The translations under genes were made by a program, and so were the position numbers. From the human T2T-CHM13v2.0 reference genome, Homo sapiens, in NCBI RefSeq assembly GCF_009914755.1, contig NC_060939.1: DNA of 64,000 nt; one strand, 5' to 3'. The notes under the pieces were generated by a model. That model worked only from the letters and a program-made list of their open reading frames with translations. It did not search any database and was not told the DNA's origin. Shown here one piece after another: positions 23,522 through 35,595 of this stretch (positions are counted from its first letter, which is position 1; every line of letters starts with the position of its first letter).

Positions 23522-24659
23522 AGGCCACCATTGCCTGGCCATTGTTTCCTTGGAGACGAATCACTGACTGGTTAGGGGAGCTGGAGAGTTTGGGGGGAAA
23601 TGCGCACATCTAGCCTGCCCCTTCTGGCTCTGGCCTCCAGCCCTGCCTGCCTGCCTGCAAGGAGGGGCCTTCTGGCCTCTTGTGGGCCTTGTGATCAGAT
23701 CCTGTTAACTGGGCCAGAACTACCTGGGCAGTGGGGAAAGGGGCTGAAATTTCTTAAGGCTCATTCAGGAGGAAGAATCAGGAAACCCACTGATCCCCCC
23801 CTGCTCTAAGCCAGGACCTCAGATCCAGCTTTGGACATAAGGCTGACATTTTCATCTCCATTGTCTGCCTCCTGGACTCTCTCTTAACTAGGTTCTAGAC
23901 TTGGAAGGAGAGAGGGGTATTATTTGTTGGCCTCCTTGACCTTCCAATTGGCACAGAGTGGTAGGGGGTGTGGAACAAAACACTCAGGCCTCAGAAAGTT
24001 GTGTGAGTGACAATGGACTTGGGCAGTGGTGATACAGTCTCACCAAGAGGCAAGATTACAAGCCTAGGAGCATCCAGTGCAGCCCAGGTCAGGCCCACAG
24101 TTAGCATCTAATACATGGGAGCCACTATTATTATTCTTGCTATTGTAATTAGACTACCGGCTTTTACAGCGTTTTCATACTCATCACCTCAAGGCTTTCA
24201 GACAGCCCCAGGGAGTAGGTGGGAGGACATTTCTTTGTCCATGTTTGCCAGTTGAAGAAACAGGCCCAGAGAGGGCCCGTGAAAATCAGTGGCAGCCCCC
24301 AGGTCACAGTCTGGGGCTCCTGGCTCCAGGGCTGCCACAGCCTGTCTGGGCTGTGTCTGGCTGGAGGATGTCAGGGTAGGGGGTCAGGGTGTGAGTGTGT
24401 GGTGGGAGTGTCGGGAATAGGAGAGAGGGAGAGGGCATGGGGATGGAGAGAGAGGGAAGAATGGGGGGGGCTGCCGTTTTAGAATCTATGGTTATATTGA
24501 ATTAAGATGTTTCAGTAAATCTTTAAGAATGAACGTGTGAGGGGCGTGGCTAAAATGAAGGGCCATGGCTAAGCTGAAAGCCAAGTGGGCCGGGTTGAGG
24601 AAGAGGCTGAGTATTGACATTTTGCAGTGAGCAGCCCCTCTGCCCCTCTTCCTAAGGGA

Positions 24660-24885
24660 GCCAGTGTGGAACAGAAGACAGAGTATGCTTCAGTGTCACA
24701 GAGACTCAAGTTCGAGTCTTAGCCTGGGTCACCGAGGAGCTCTGTAAGCTTAGGCAAGTGAGCCTGTGTCATCTCACCCTTCTGGGCCTCAGTTTCCTCG
24801 CCTGTGAAGTGGGGACATTCGAATCTACCTCTTAGGGTTGTTGTCAGGGTTACAACATCTGGCACATAGTCAGTGCCCAACAGAA
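24660..24885 (+). mobile_element. MIR
   Basis: gggcctcagtttcctcgcctgtgaagtgggga...gggttgttgtcagg...tggcacatagt. Confidence 0.75.
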
Positions 24886-25339
24886 TGGGTCCCTTTTGCA
24901 CATGGCTCACGTGTCCTCTTGTGAGCTGGAAGAGGCCCCGCTGGTTCTATAAGGTAATGGAACCTGCCCTTCATGCCATGGCGTGCCAGGTAGGCTGATA
25001 ACCATGGAGGCACGATCTTCAGTGGGGCCTTCATACTCAGGAAAGTTTTAAGTATTAATACTCATGAATGTTTTGGTCTAATACTTAGCTTAGTCAAAGA
25101 GAATTGAGGGAGAAAGTGTGGTGCTCTTTGACTTCGGGAAAAACAAGTTGCCAAGGGCTATGCCAGGGCTGGGCTGGGTGGCCTTAGCAGAAAGGACAGA
25201 GTCGCTCAGTCCTGCTGTCCCTCCTTCCTGCAAGGCTTGGATTTTTCCCCTCCACTCCCTGTGCTTCCCTTCACTTGCTACATGGCCTCCTCCCCCAAAA
25301 AGGGGGAAGGCTGGATCCTGAAGCAGGGAAGTCCAGCTG

Positions 25340-25660
25340 GGGAAACAATCCATTAGGCAGATGAAAAGACATTTTTCTCCACTGCTGTTATACTGTCCGC
25401 CCCAGACAACACACTCATTACAGTTATATCTCATTCAGCTCACCTAGAGAATAAAATTAGAAATCAAGTCAACTCCCCAAAGTCTTGTTATATCAATCTG
25501 ACTTACACAAAACAGGCCAGACAGAGTGTGAGGTTTCCATAAAATTAGGCTGTCTCCCCAGGGGCTGCCTTGAAGCTACACAACATTTCAGAAAACTGCC
25601 AGGCGCCCTTTTGCATAATTTATCAATTACACACAATTCAATTTATCACAGGCAGGAGGC
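25340..25660. promoter_or_regulatory. Candidate conserved enhancer
   Basis: CCATAAAA (25537), TTGCATAAT (25611), AATTTATCA twice (25617, 25640). Confidence 0.4.
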
Positions 25661-26199
25661 AGAAGGCATGGCTTAGGATGAAGGGGACCCTGGGAGCAGC
25701 GAGTGGAGGAGAAAGGAAATCTAGATTTGAAAGTCCACCCCGACGCTGATTGGTTGAATGAGCTTGGACAAGTCCTTTATCCTCCTGGGATGCCACTTAC
25801 CCCAACCACAAAACAAGGGGACCTAAATGTTTTTTATCCCATTCTAGAATTAGTTTGAATGCTGAAGTTCCAGATTTGTAGAATCTGAACACCGTGGTGG
25901 GAGGAGATGCCCAGAGCATGGGCCCTGCCTGGCAGGGCTTTGGAGTGTTCAGTGACCCAGGTTGGCACAAGGGTGTGGATGGTGCCCAGGTGGCAGGAGA
26001 TCTGGAAGCCACACGTAGGTCTACTTGTCCAATTAGCCTAGTAGTTGCCATGCTTATAATGCCACTTCTTACATCTGTCTATCACATTAACTTCCTGGGC
26101 CACCTCCACTTTATTTCAATTGCTGCTCATAGCTCCCTGGGGAAGTGGGCTGGGCTGACACGGGCAATCCTGCTTTCTGATGCATGCTGAGGCAGGTGC

Positions 26200-26475
26200 C
26201 TGGGGAGCAGGAGTGATGTGCCCACAGCCACTGAGACCAAGTACCATTGATCCTGTGGCATCTCTCCATCCCCACCACACAATTCCTCTCTCTCCTGGAC
26301 CCCACTGCCCCTGGAGCACACTTTTTCATGGTACAAACAACACTTGTTATAATTGGCTACTTGACTACCTGAGGGCAGAGAGCAGGGCTATTTCTCTGTC
26401 TCCCAAGCACTCGGTCAAGGACCTTCCCCAATTGTGGATGCTCAGGAAGTATTGTGAGATGAAGGAATAAATGAG
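26200..26475 (+). mobile_element. L2 3' end
   Basis: cctgagggcagagagcagg...gatgctcaggaagtattgtgagatgaaggaataaatga. Confidence 0.55.
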
Positions 26476-26819
26476 TATTAAAGACACAAAAGAGATCGCT
26501 TGGGAATGCCAGTTTCCTCACTCCCTGTCCAGTACTCCTGGCTCTGGGACCTGGCAAACCATTTACTTGCCCCTGACTTCTATGGCATGATTGAAGGCCC
26601 ATTTGCAGGCTCAGATGCATGTAGTTCTGAGCCACTAGAGAAGGGACAAGACATCTTTCTCCAACCTCAACCCTACCATCTTGGAAGCCTACACTTGGCC
26701 ATTGTGTTCACAGCAATAGAACTTGTGAGACAGCCATATTTGACCCTACTCCTGACCAGTCTCCAAATCTGCACACCCTATAATAAGTCACCGTTCTGAC
26801 ACATTGTCCTGTAAGTTTC

Positions 26820-27100
26820 CAAGTGCCATCTCACTCCATCTCTCACTTCGATCCTTACAGGATCATGGCAGGCAGGTATGTAGGTAGGCAGGGATTGTCA
26901 GCCCACTTTAAGGATGAGAAGACCAGAAAAGCAGAGTGACTTGTTGAAGGCCACACAGCTTGTGACAGAGCTGAGACTCCAACCACACTACAGATGAAGG
27001 ACAGAGACTCAGACAGAACCAGTTATTTGCCCAAGGCTCACAGCTAGCAGGTTGTGAGGCTCAAGCTCATACCTATGCTTTCTGATTCCAAACCAATTGT
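26820..27100 (-). mobile_element. Tandem MIR fragments
   Basis: gcccactttaaggatgagaa...gtgacttgttgaaggccacacagct; acagatgaaggacagagactcaga...ttgcccaagg. Confidence 0.65.
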
Positions 27101-28125
27101 TCAATACCTCATTGCTGGCTGGCGTTTTTGTTTTTTGTTTTATTAAAGCATTGAAAAGAATTTGTAGATCTCCCCCAAGAGTAGTTCTCTACTGCAAAAA
27201 GATCAGAGTGGGATTTCCTAACAGAACAGGAACCCACTGAGCCACTGAGACTAAACCAAAGGCAATTTTGCTATGCTGAAGTATCTACTAAATTATCTGC
27301 CTGGCAATTATCAGCTCAAATAATGAAACCTAATAGGTCCTCATTATTGTCCTGGAGGAGGGCCACGGTGCGAGAGAAAGGATGAAGTCACAAGGGGGCC
27401 TATGTGTTGTCCCCGAATGGAGGGTCAGAAAGGTCAGGGGTGGGTTATGGGTGGGAGGAAGCTGGGGGAGCCTCCAGCCTTTTACTGAGAAGGCTTCCTG
27501 AGAAGGCTCTGGAAGCACTCAAGGGCTGCTTTTGTTCCTGGTCTTGGAGCGTGCAGGCAGCTTTCTGGGGCAGTGTGTGCAACTCTTGCTCAGCTTGGCC
27601 CCTCGGCCTGTGTGTGTGAGAGCTGAAAGGCTTAACCAGATGAGGTAGTGCCAGCCCCGCTTTGAGATGTCTTTGGGGAAAATGTTTGCTGCTATTGTCT
27701 GGAAGCAAAATCCTTAGCCACTGTTTTCTCCAGCCTCCACAGAAATTAAAGCCAGGAAGCTAAGCGGTGGGTGATTACGGGGTTCAACTTGCTTATTGAC
27801 AGCCCACAAAGGATTATCATGGGGCTTCTAGGCAAAGCCCACAGAGGTTTGGCAGTGCAGTGGCTGCTTCCCGGCTTTGCACACTGCTCTCCAAGAGCAC
27901 CACCTCCTCCAGGCTCCACCCTGTGGGCTGGGGCGCCCCTGCCCTCCCAAGCCACAGGACGCTCACAGGGACCAACAAAGGCAAAGCCCTTTGTGAAGGG
28001 TGTCTGCAAGGGGTGTGGAATGAGCAGGGAGAGAAAAATGCCCACCCCATGGTACAGAGTGCAGATATTTTAAGAGGTCTTGTTGAAGAGGGATCACTTA
28101 GGTGAGTTGTTCAAGTAGTGAAGGC

Positions 28126-28539
28126 CAGGGGTTAGTCAGCAAACTATAGCCAAATCTGCCTGCTGCCGGTTTTTATAAATAAAGTGTTGTTGGGTACCGC
28201 TGTGCCCATTCCTTTACAGGTGGTCTATGGTGGCTTTCAAGCTACAACACCGTGTCCACAAGGGATTGTTTTCAGGAGCCCAGTGGAGGCCAAAATCTGT
28301 GAATACTCAAGCTCTGCATGGGCCCTGCAGAACCTGCATATATGAAAAGGCAGCCCCCCTTACGCTAGGGTTTTGCATTCTGCATACACTGTATATTTGG
28401 CCCACGTTTGGACCTGCACAATTCAAATCCATGTTGTTCAAGGGTCAACTGTAGTTGCAAGAGGTTCTGTGGCCTACGAAGCCTAAAACCTAAAATATTT
28501 ACTGTCTGGCTCTTTAAAGACAAAGTTTGCCTACCCCTA
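28126..28539 (+). mobile_element. MER58A hAT-Charlie, interrupted by MER8
   Basis: cagggg...gcaaacta...taaataaagt...ctaaaatatttactgtctggctcttta...aagtttgcctaccc. Confidence 0.8.
28250..28451. mobile_element. MER8 (TcMar-Tigger MITE)
   Basis: gggattg...ccaaaatc...ggccctgcagaacc...tgttgttcaagggtcaactg followed by TA. Confidence 0.75.
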
Positions 28540-28544
28540 GGAAG

Positions 28545-28685
28545 GGGAAAGAATTTGAATTTCAGAGTTGACTGGATACGGATTCAAACATCAGTTTCAC
28601 TTTTGCTCTTTATTGCCTTGCACTCATTGCTTTCCTTCTGTGCCTCAGCCTCTCCATTCATAAAGTGGAGACGATCATCTATTTA
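28545..28685 (+). mobile_element. MIR
   Basis: ggattcaaac...ctgtgcctcagcctctccattcataaagtggaga. Confidence 0.55.
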
Positions 28686-28689
28686 ATAC

Positions 28690-28815
28690 ACACTCAGCGT
28701 AGTGTTCGCCCTGTAGCAGGCACTCTTCTAAGTGCTTTCCAAGCATTAACTCATTTAATTCTCACAACAACACGATGAGGTAAGTGCTATTATGGTCATG
28801 CCTATTCTATAGCGG
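28690..28815 (-). mobile_element. MIR
   Basis: ctaagtgcttt...attaactcatttaattctcacaacaac...tgaggtaagtgctattat. Confidence 0.75.
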
Positions 28816-29345
28816 GGGATATCATGAATGCTGCTGTGTGTTTTCCCAGTGCTCTCTCCCTCCTGCCTCCTGCCATGGTCCCCCTCCCACTGTTTAGTTA
28901 ATAATAACATATCATGTTTTGTCTCAGATGCATATCAGTTGTGTGTAATTATTTATGGAGAAATAGACAGATGAGTCCCTGCTTGGACCATTTTCCCAGG
29001 CAGCCCTACCTATCACTTAGCATCCCTCTCTCCCCTAGTCTAATAACACTGTCCACTTTAGATGCTGGGGCCTTGATTTATTAGGTAATTTGTTTCTTCT
29101 CTGTGGCTTGGGCCTGCCTGTCATCAATATAATAGAATGATGGAAGTGCAAGCTATAGACACCAGACATTAAAAACTAGGCAAATATTACCCATTTCAAC
29201 TCCTTGTCAGCCACAGCCAATCCGTAGCAATCCTTGGTCTCTGCTTATCTGGGGAGAGGAAAAAAGAGGACACCCAGGACCTGACTTCTCACAAAATGGT
29301 TCTTTGCAAATTGGACTGGTTGCTCTGCTAGCAGATGCTAAGAAG

Positions 29346-29372
29346 AACACACACATGCACATGTGTGCATGA

Positions 29373-29405
<33 letters not shown>
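29346..29405. repeat. (CA)n microsatellite
   Basis: acacatac(ac)n up to 29405. Confidence 0.9.
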
Positions 29406-29699
29406 GAGCAAAGGAGTCTAATCAGAGAGACTAAATATGCTGAAGAGGGAAAGGGACTGAGCCCCATTCCAGCCCTGCCGAGCTAATCAGCTGAAGGGAC
29501 CAGGGCAAGTCACCTCATCTCTCTGGACCTGAATTGCCTCATTTGTCAAACAAGAGGGTGGATGAGATGAGCTCCAAGTGGCCTTCTAGCCTTCACAAGC
29601 TGTGATGTGGCCAAGGTTACACAGAATGGAAGAGGCATGGTTGGAAACTGAACCCTTGCTGTTTGATGCCAAGATGAGTGCTTTTAACACTCCATCATG

Positions 29700-30720
29700 C
29701 CAATTCCATCGATCATAATTGTAATCAAAATTATCGGTCTCTTCACTATCAATAGCTTTATCACAATCGCTGACATAATATCACCAATAAATGATCTTAA
29801 CTGCATCATCAAAAAAGTCATCAGTGCCATTATCTCCAGGGGCATCTCACCATCATCACCATCATCATCATGTTAATTTCACTGTTTTATGTATTCCAGG
29901 CTTTACATGCAGGATGTGATTTAATCCTCACATCAGTCCTAGAAAATAGGCACCATTATAATATCCTCATTTAATAGATGAAGTAATGGAGGTACAAAGT
30001 GGCTGGCATTTTTGAGGTCACACAGTAGTAAATGTCAGACTTTGGATTTGAACTCAAGTCTCTTTGGTGCCAAAACAAGCTCTCAATCATCATGCTATGT
30101 ATCATTATCACAAATGCTATCATCAGTGTCAGCATAACCATTATCATCTCCATCGGTGTTGCCAAATCACACAGCAGCAGCTTTTAAACCACTCCCAATG
30201 TCATCACCAGAATCAATATCATTGCTAATGTTGACATTGCCAATATCAGAATCCTTATCACCAATATCACTATTACTGATATTGTTTCAATATAAATACC
30301 ATCATTAATCATTAGCAATATTGTAATTGCTACTGTCATCAATATATCCCATACCAATGTCATCAATATCATCAAAAGCATTGTCTTTAGAGTCATGGCT
30401 AATACCAACATCACTATTCATACCACCATTGTCACTAGCAATAGCAATATTATGGTCACTGCCACCAACCTGTCCACACCAACATCATAATCAATGTTAT
30501 AAAAAGCAGGATCATTAGGGCCATCACTAATCTCACCATCCATGGGGAATCACCAATATTGTGTCTACAGTATGATCAATATCTTCAACCGCATCCTCAC
30601 AAATTTTATCACCCTCAGTTCACCATCATCGATATCCCCATCCAGACAAAGTAAATAATAGACATTTCAATTAAATAGATAACATAAACATCAATATGTT
30701 TGTCATTGCTATAGACATAA
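29700..30720. repeat. Long degenerate (CAT/CAC/AAT)n low-complexity tract
   Basis: Recurrent atcatc/atcacc/aatatc units over ~1 kb. Confidence 0.8.
29880..30085 (-). mobile_element. MIR inside the (CAT)n tract
   Basis: atttaatcctcaca...cattttaatagatgaag...gaggtcacacagtagtaaatg...ggatttgaactcaagtc. Confidence 0.75.
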
Positions 30721-31029
30721 TCTGCTGGGTCCCTGCTCTGCGCTAGGTTTTTTCTCCCCTGGTACTACAGATATCCTGTGAGAAATATGGAATGTATAGA
30801 TATTTGATTTTTTTGATATTTGATTCATTGCCACACAGCCCATTCAGATGTTGCCAGGGTCATCAAGAATTTGAAATTTCTCTATTTCCAGGGTTAGGTG
30901 ATTCCTGGTTCAGGAATTTTTGGCCATTTAATATCCTTAAATGCCACCCATTCGTCAAAGTCAAACTACTGAATAGTTTCCCAGTAGGATTCCAGCTCCT
31001 GCTTCCTTACATTGTTTGAATCTCTGTTC

Positions 31030-31180
31030 TAACATTCACCAGTCGTCTCTTGTCCAAGCTGTTTATGTGTCTGTCTCCTTCTCTGGGATGTAAGTTCCTG
31101 GAGATGGGTTAGATTTTCTCTGTATCCTTTAGAGGCTCTACACAGAATGTTCTCAATATTGATGTTTGGGAGATGGAAGG
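31030..31180 (+). mobile_element. L2 3' end
   Basis: gatgtaagttcctggagatggg...gttctcaatattgatgtttg. Confidence 0.55.
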
Positions 31181-31329
31181 AAATAGCTAGTCCATAAGAA
31201 TCATGTGCTGATGCATAAATGACATCAGGCTGAACCACGATATCTAGAATTTAGTCTGTGTTGTCCCTAACTGTACAACCTGGGATCATTAATTTCCCCC
31301 CCTCTACCCTACCCCCCCTTCCTTCCTCC

Positions 31330-31985
31330 TTTCTTTCTTTCATCTCCAAACCTAAGAGTCATCCCTTTTCCACACTTGACCCATCACCAAGTTCTGTGAC
31401 TCTACCTTCCAAATACACCCTCCAAGCTGCCCATTTCTCACCCCTCCTCTTCTGCTCCCACCCTAAGGCAGGCCCCACGTTTCTTCCTAGAACCACTGCA
31501 GTTCTATCTTAATTGGTTTTGCTACTTTCACTTTGCTCCCCGCTAAACTCTATCCCCCAAGCAGAGACCGGAGGATAAATCAGTTCGCATTACTTCCCTA
31601 CATGACTTTGAACCTTGCTTAAAATAACACCCAGGCTGTGTCCCTTGGTCTGCAGAGCTTCTGAAGTCTGACCCCTGCCCCTCCTGCCTCCCCTCAGGCC
31701 TCAGCACCTCTCCCCTTCATCCCAGTCACACCATCCTTCTCGCAGCATGTTGAAGCTCTGGAGCTTGCTTCTGATGCTAGGCCTTCACCTTTGCTGGTCT
31801 CTCTGCCTGGAAAGTTCTTTCTTTGGCCCTCCACGTGGCTTGCTCCATGATATTGTTCAGTTCTCCAAGCAATGCCCTTTTCTCAGAGAGGCATCTGTGA
31901 CTACCCTCTGTGAAATAGGACCCTTCCATAGGCGTTCTCTTCTCATTAAATCCACCCGCCCAACACATATTTATTGACTCTCTAC
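31330..31985 (+). mobile_element. L2 fragment
   Basis: catcaccaagttctgtgactctaccttccaaata...ggccttcacctttgctggtctctctgcctggaa. Confidence 0.7.
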
Positions 31986-31987
31986 TA

Positions 31988-32208
31988 CAGGCTTTCTCAA
32001 CCTCAACATGTGACTTTTTGGATGGATCCTTCTGTGTCGGGGGGATGGGGAGGCTCTCCTGTGCATTGTAGCATGTTCAGCAGCATCCCTGGCCTCTACT
32101 CACTAGATGCTAGGAGCATCCTCCTCCTACTTGTGACAATTAAAAATGACTCCAGACATTGCAAAATGTCCCCTGGGGGGCAAAATTGCCCCTGGTTGGA
32201 AGCCACCA
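31988..32208 (-). mobile_element. MER20 hAT-Charlie DNA transposon
   Basis: tgcattgtagcatgttcagcagcatccctggcctctactcactagatgc...ccagacattgcaaaatgtcccctgggggg. Confidence 0.9.
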
Positions 32209-32224
32209 AATAATACAGATTCAG

Positions 32225-32485
32225 CACTCTTTACAAACCTGGGATGCTTCAGTGACTAAGACAGACCCCACTATTAGCACCCCACACTTTCTTTTCCTGG
32301 CCTTCTTGGAGTACATTCTGGTGGGAGGAGACAGACAATAAATATAATAAATACCTAAATTATGCTATTCTAGAAAGTGGCATGTGCTATGGGAAAAACT
32401 ACAGCAGCTGAGGGGTGATCACGGGTGCTGGACGGGGTTGTGATTTTAAATAGGGTGGTTAGGGTAAACCTTGTTGGAAAAGTGC
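32225..32485 (-). mobile_element. L2 fragment (opposite orientation to its neighbours)
   Basis: tacattctggtgggaggagacagacaataaa...gattttaaatagggtggttaggg. Confidence 0.65.
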
Positions 32486-32489
32486 TTTA

Positions 32490-32690
32490 ACATTTACTTT
32501 TTTAAACCACTGCATATATGACAATGTGAAATTATATCACAACTTGGTTCCCTGGTTTATTGTCTGTCTTCTCTCCCAGCAAGTAAGCTCTATGAGGGCA
32601 GAAAATGTTTCTATCCTGTTCAAAACCTTGTATAGTTAATATATAGAACAGTGTCTGGCCTACTGTGGGTATTCAGTAAACATGTAGGTC
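32490..32690 (+). mobile_element. L2 3' end
   Basis: tttattgtctgtct...gtaagctctatgagggcag...agaacagtgtctggc. Confidence 0.7.
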
Positions 32691-33192
32691 ATTTTCAAGA
32701 GCTGAGAATATAAAAATAAATTAGAGCCTAAACAGGCAGTGTTTAGTCCTACTCTGATGTTTAGAGATACCCCTTACCTCCCCATTCTACCCACCACCAA
32801 TAGTGAGATATCCCCAGTACTAACTTATTTCAAGGGTAATTAAGACCTTCTGTAATTTTAGTTTATAATCAAGAGTTAATTTCAAATAAGTAATTCTCTT
32901 ACTGGAGTATTAGTCTTCCTGTATTCAAGCAAATCTAGCCACAGAGAATCTTGTTGAGGAAAGTCCTTTCCATCCTGCTAAACTGCTTCCCACCCTGACA
33001 TCTTCTCTCCCTGCCCCTCGCCCCCCAGTTTCAGCTCTTTCTTCTGAGACATCACTCAGCAGGAGGAAAGGATGCTTTGGAAAGGGAAAGGAGAGAGCTT
33101 CCCAACACTGAAGGTGTTCAAGGGTGGATTCCATGGCCACTTGCAGGATCCTCTCAAGAGGACAGGAACCTGCAGTGGTAGAGACACAAAAC

Positions 33193-33352
33193 CAGTGATT
33201 CAAAATGTTAGTGAGCAGCAGGGTCACCCAGAGAGCTGATTGAACAGATTGCCAGGTCCCACTCTTGGAATTCTGACTCAGCAGCTGGAGGGAGTGCAAA
33301 GCCCAGGTAACACCTGGTGCTACTGTTCTAGGGACCACACTTTGAGCCATTC
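33193..33352 (-). mobile_element. MER5A/B-like
   Basis: aacagattgccaggtcccac...attctgactcag...agggaccacactttgag. Confidence 0.65.
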
Positions 33353-33868
33353 CACAGTCAAGTGCCCCGCAGCCCCTCTCACACCCGAGGGTCTGCAATG
33401 GTGTGATGCCTCCTTTTCAGGCATGAAATGCAGCTCTCTGGTTCCTGCCTTTTCCTCGCCTCCTGTTAAACTCCACTTTGAACTTGTCTTCCCCTGACAC
33501 CTACTATGGTTCTGCTTTGGATCTTAAACCTCTCATTTTTATCCCCGGTATCTCTTGTCCACCCCTCTTCCTTTTAAACAAATAATTCCTGCCTTCCTGC
33601 CTCAGTCAGTAATTCTTTTAAAAGTCAAAGATGGGTAGTAACCTCTGCTGTGAGGGATATGGGGCCAGGAGGCTTTGCCTGGGAGGGAAGCGTATGACAT
33701 TGGCACCCTAGAGAAGCACCAGAGATAGCCCATAAGGAATTGACAAGCTGGGAAAGGAAGCTCTGGGCTTTTTCCGAGGAATGCGTGCACTTTGTGCCCG
33801 GGTAATCATGGATGGTTCATGCAGAGGTGTGGTCTGAGCTGAGATCTGCAGGCTGAAACGAAGGGAGC

Positions 33869-33951
33869 TATCGGGTTGAACCGCATGAAATTGCTGCTAT
33901 TCAAGCGTTCTTGGCCTAGAAAACCTGAAATTTCATATGGCTCAATCTAAG
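33869..33951. mobile_element. MADE2 mariner MITE
   Basis: TIRs tatcgggttgaaccgcatgaaatt...aatttcatatggctcaatctaa; ~80 bp. Confidence 0.8.
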
Positions 33952-33954
33952 AAT

Positions 33955-34095
33955 ATTATTTTAATTCCTCCCACGAATCAGGTATAATTTATTTTGTAGA
34001 TGAGAAACTGAAGTCCATAGAGATTAAACAACTTGCCCAATGGCACAGCGTAAGAGGCAGAACCAGGAACCCAGACCCGTTTGACTCTACGCCCT
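33955..34095 (-). mobile_element. MIR
   Basis: attttgtagatgagaaactgaag...aacttgcccaa. Confidence 0.75.
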
Positions 34096-34116
34096 AGATT
34101 TAGGATTGATCTAGCT

Positions 34117-34287
34117 CAGTGGGTCTCAAGCTTTGGAGAGAGCTTCTGAATCCCCCGGAGGGCTGGTTAAAATCCAAATTGCAGGGCCCCAGCACGCAGA
34201 GATCCTATTCAATAGTTGGGAGGGCAAACTCCCGACTCCTAGGAAGTACTGATGCTGGTCTGTGGACCATACTTGGCATCGTACTGG
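34117..34287 (-). mobile_element. MER5A-like
   Basis: cagtgggtctcaag...ggagggctggttaaaa...tgatgctggtctgtggaccatactt. Confidence 0.65.
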
Positions 34288-34559
34288 TCTAGGTAGACAA
34301 GAAGGAGGAGGGCATTCTTAAAAGGGCCAAAGGTGGTGGCAGGATGAGCAAAGCCCCAGAGGCAGGAGTGGGCATGGGTGGGGGGAGGTTGGGATGGTGG
34401 AGAAAATGGAACAGGCTGGTGGAGAGTAGCAGAGACAGGTTGTCTCCATCCTTCCTGTCCCAGTCCCTCTCACTCTCATCTTGTCCCATCCAAGGAGACA
34501 AGATCTGGCAGCATCCCTCTCCCCCGCAGAGGCCCATAGAGGGTTTCTTAGCCTGGATA

Positions 34560-34930
34560 ATTTCTCCAGCGCCACTGATCCCTTCTGCCGAGTGTGATAA
34601 ACCCTATTTCATAAAGAAGACATGAATGGCTGTAATCAGATACAATGTTTGCCACGCTGAACAAAATGAGCAAAAGAAAAAAAATATGCAGCCAGGCTAT
34701 AATTATGGGTGTAATATTTCAGCCCATTAGCAAAAAATATCTCAGAAACCTGCTGCCCCTCCTTCTCAGCTAAAAAATTGGATGCTAAGCTGGTGAAGGC
34801 AAACAGAGAGAGCAGAGCACTGAAGCAAAGGCCTAATTAATTGCTGATACCATTTTTTTGTTTGTTTTTTCATTTTTGGTCGGCGGCGGTTCTGAGAATT
34901 CTGGGTCTTTTGCTGCACCGGATAAAAAGA
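34560..34930. promoter_or_regulatory. Candidate conserved enhancer
   Basis: Apparently unique AT-rich DNA with TAATCA, ACAATG, ATAATTAT and CTAATTAATTG (34833). Confidence 0.4.
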
Positions 34931-35169
34931 GAGGTGGCCACTCCCAGCCGCGCTGCTCTAAAGGCCTCTCTAGGTGCCGGTCACTCTTCCTCAGCTCCAT
35001 CCAGCCAGGTCTAGTACTCATCAAGGGCCTAGCACTTCCTAAACACTTGGTGCATTCAGCCTTTTTGGACAATCATAGCTATCTTTTATTGCTTGCTGTG
35101 TGCCAGGCGCAGTGATAAAGCCTTTACAAATTTGATCTCAGTCTTTCCTTTGGGAGCAATGTGAGGGAG

Positions 35170-35595
35170 TATAATGGATGTTGTTGATGGTCTTCAGGTC
35201 CCTTTTGACTTCTATTGTTTATTTTTGAGCCCTAGCACCTGTGACTATCTTTGGAGGATGATCCATGAGCTGCTAGAGTCACTTTGTGTGGGTGAGAGAG
35301 TCCCTATTACCTGGGAGTCTGTGCCCTAGGGAGGGGTCCTAGGCCTGTGGGCAGCAGGGTGGGGGTAGGAAAGCCTGCCTCCTGTCAAGGGCAGAGTATC
35401 AGAGAGAAACTTAACACTTCTGAGTTCCTCAGGAATCCCGCTAAGGGCAGTAGGAGGCTTTGCCTGAAGTCACTCCTTGCCTGGCTTCCTCCCCAGCCCT
35501 GCCCTGCTCCCTCTAGTCTTCCCTGGGAAGCTTTCCTCATAAATCATTTGCACATCAATCTTTGTCTCAGAGTCGGCCTCTGGGGCACCTGACCA
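35170..35595 (+). mobile_element. LTR16-like ERVL LTR inserted in a MIR
   Basis: 3' end ataaatcatttgcacatcaatctttgtctcagagtc...; MIR halves at ~35070-35165 and ~35595-35710. Confidence 0.55.

Noticed and set aside
29971-30518. Hydrophobic membrane-protein-like ORFs
   Set aside because: Artefact of the (ATG/CAT)n low-complexity tract
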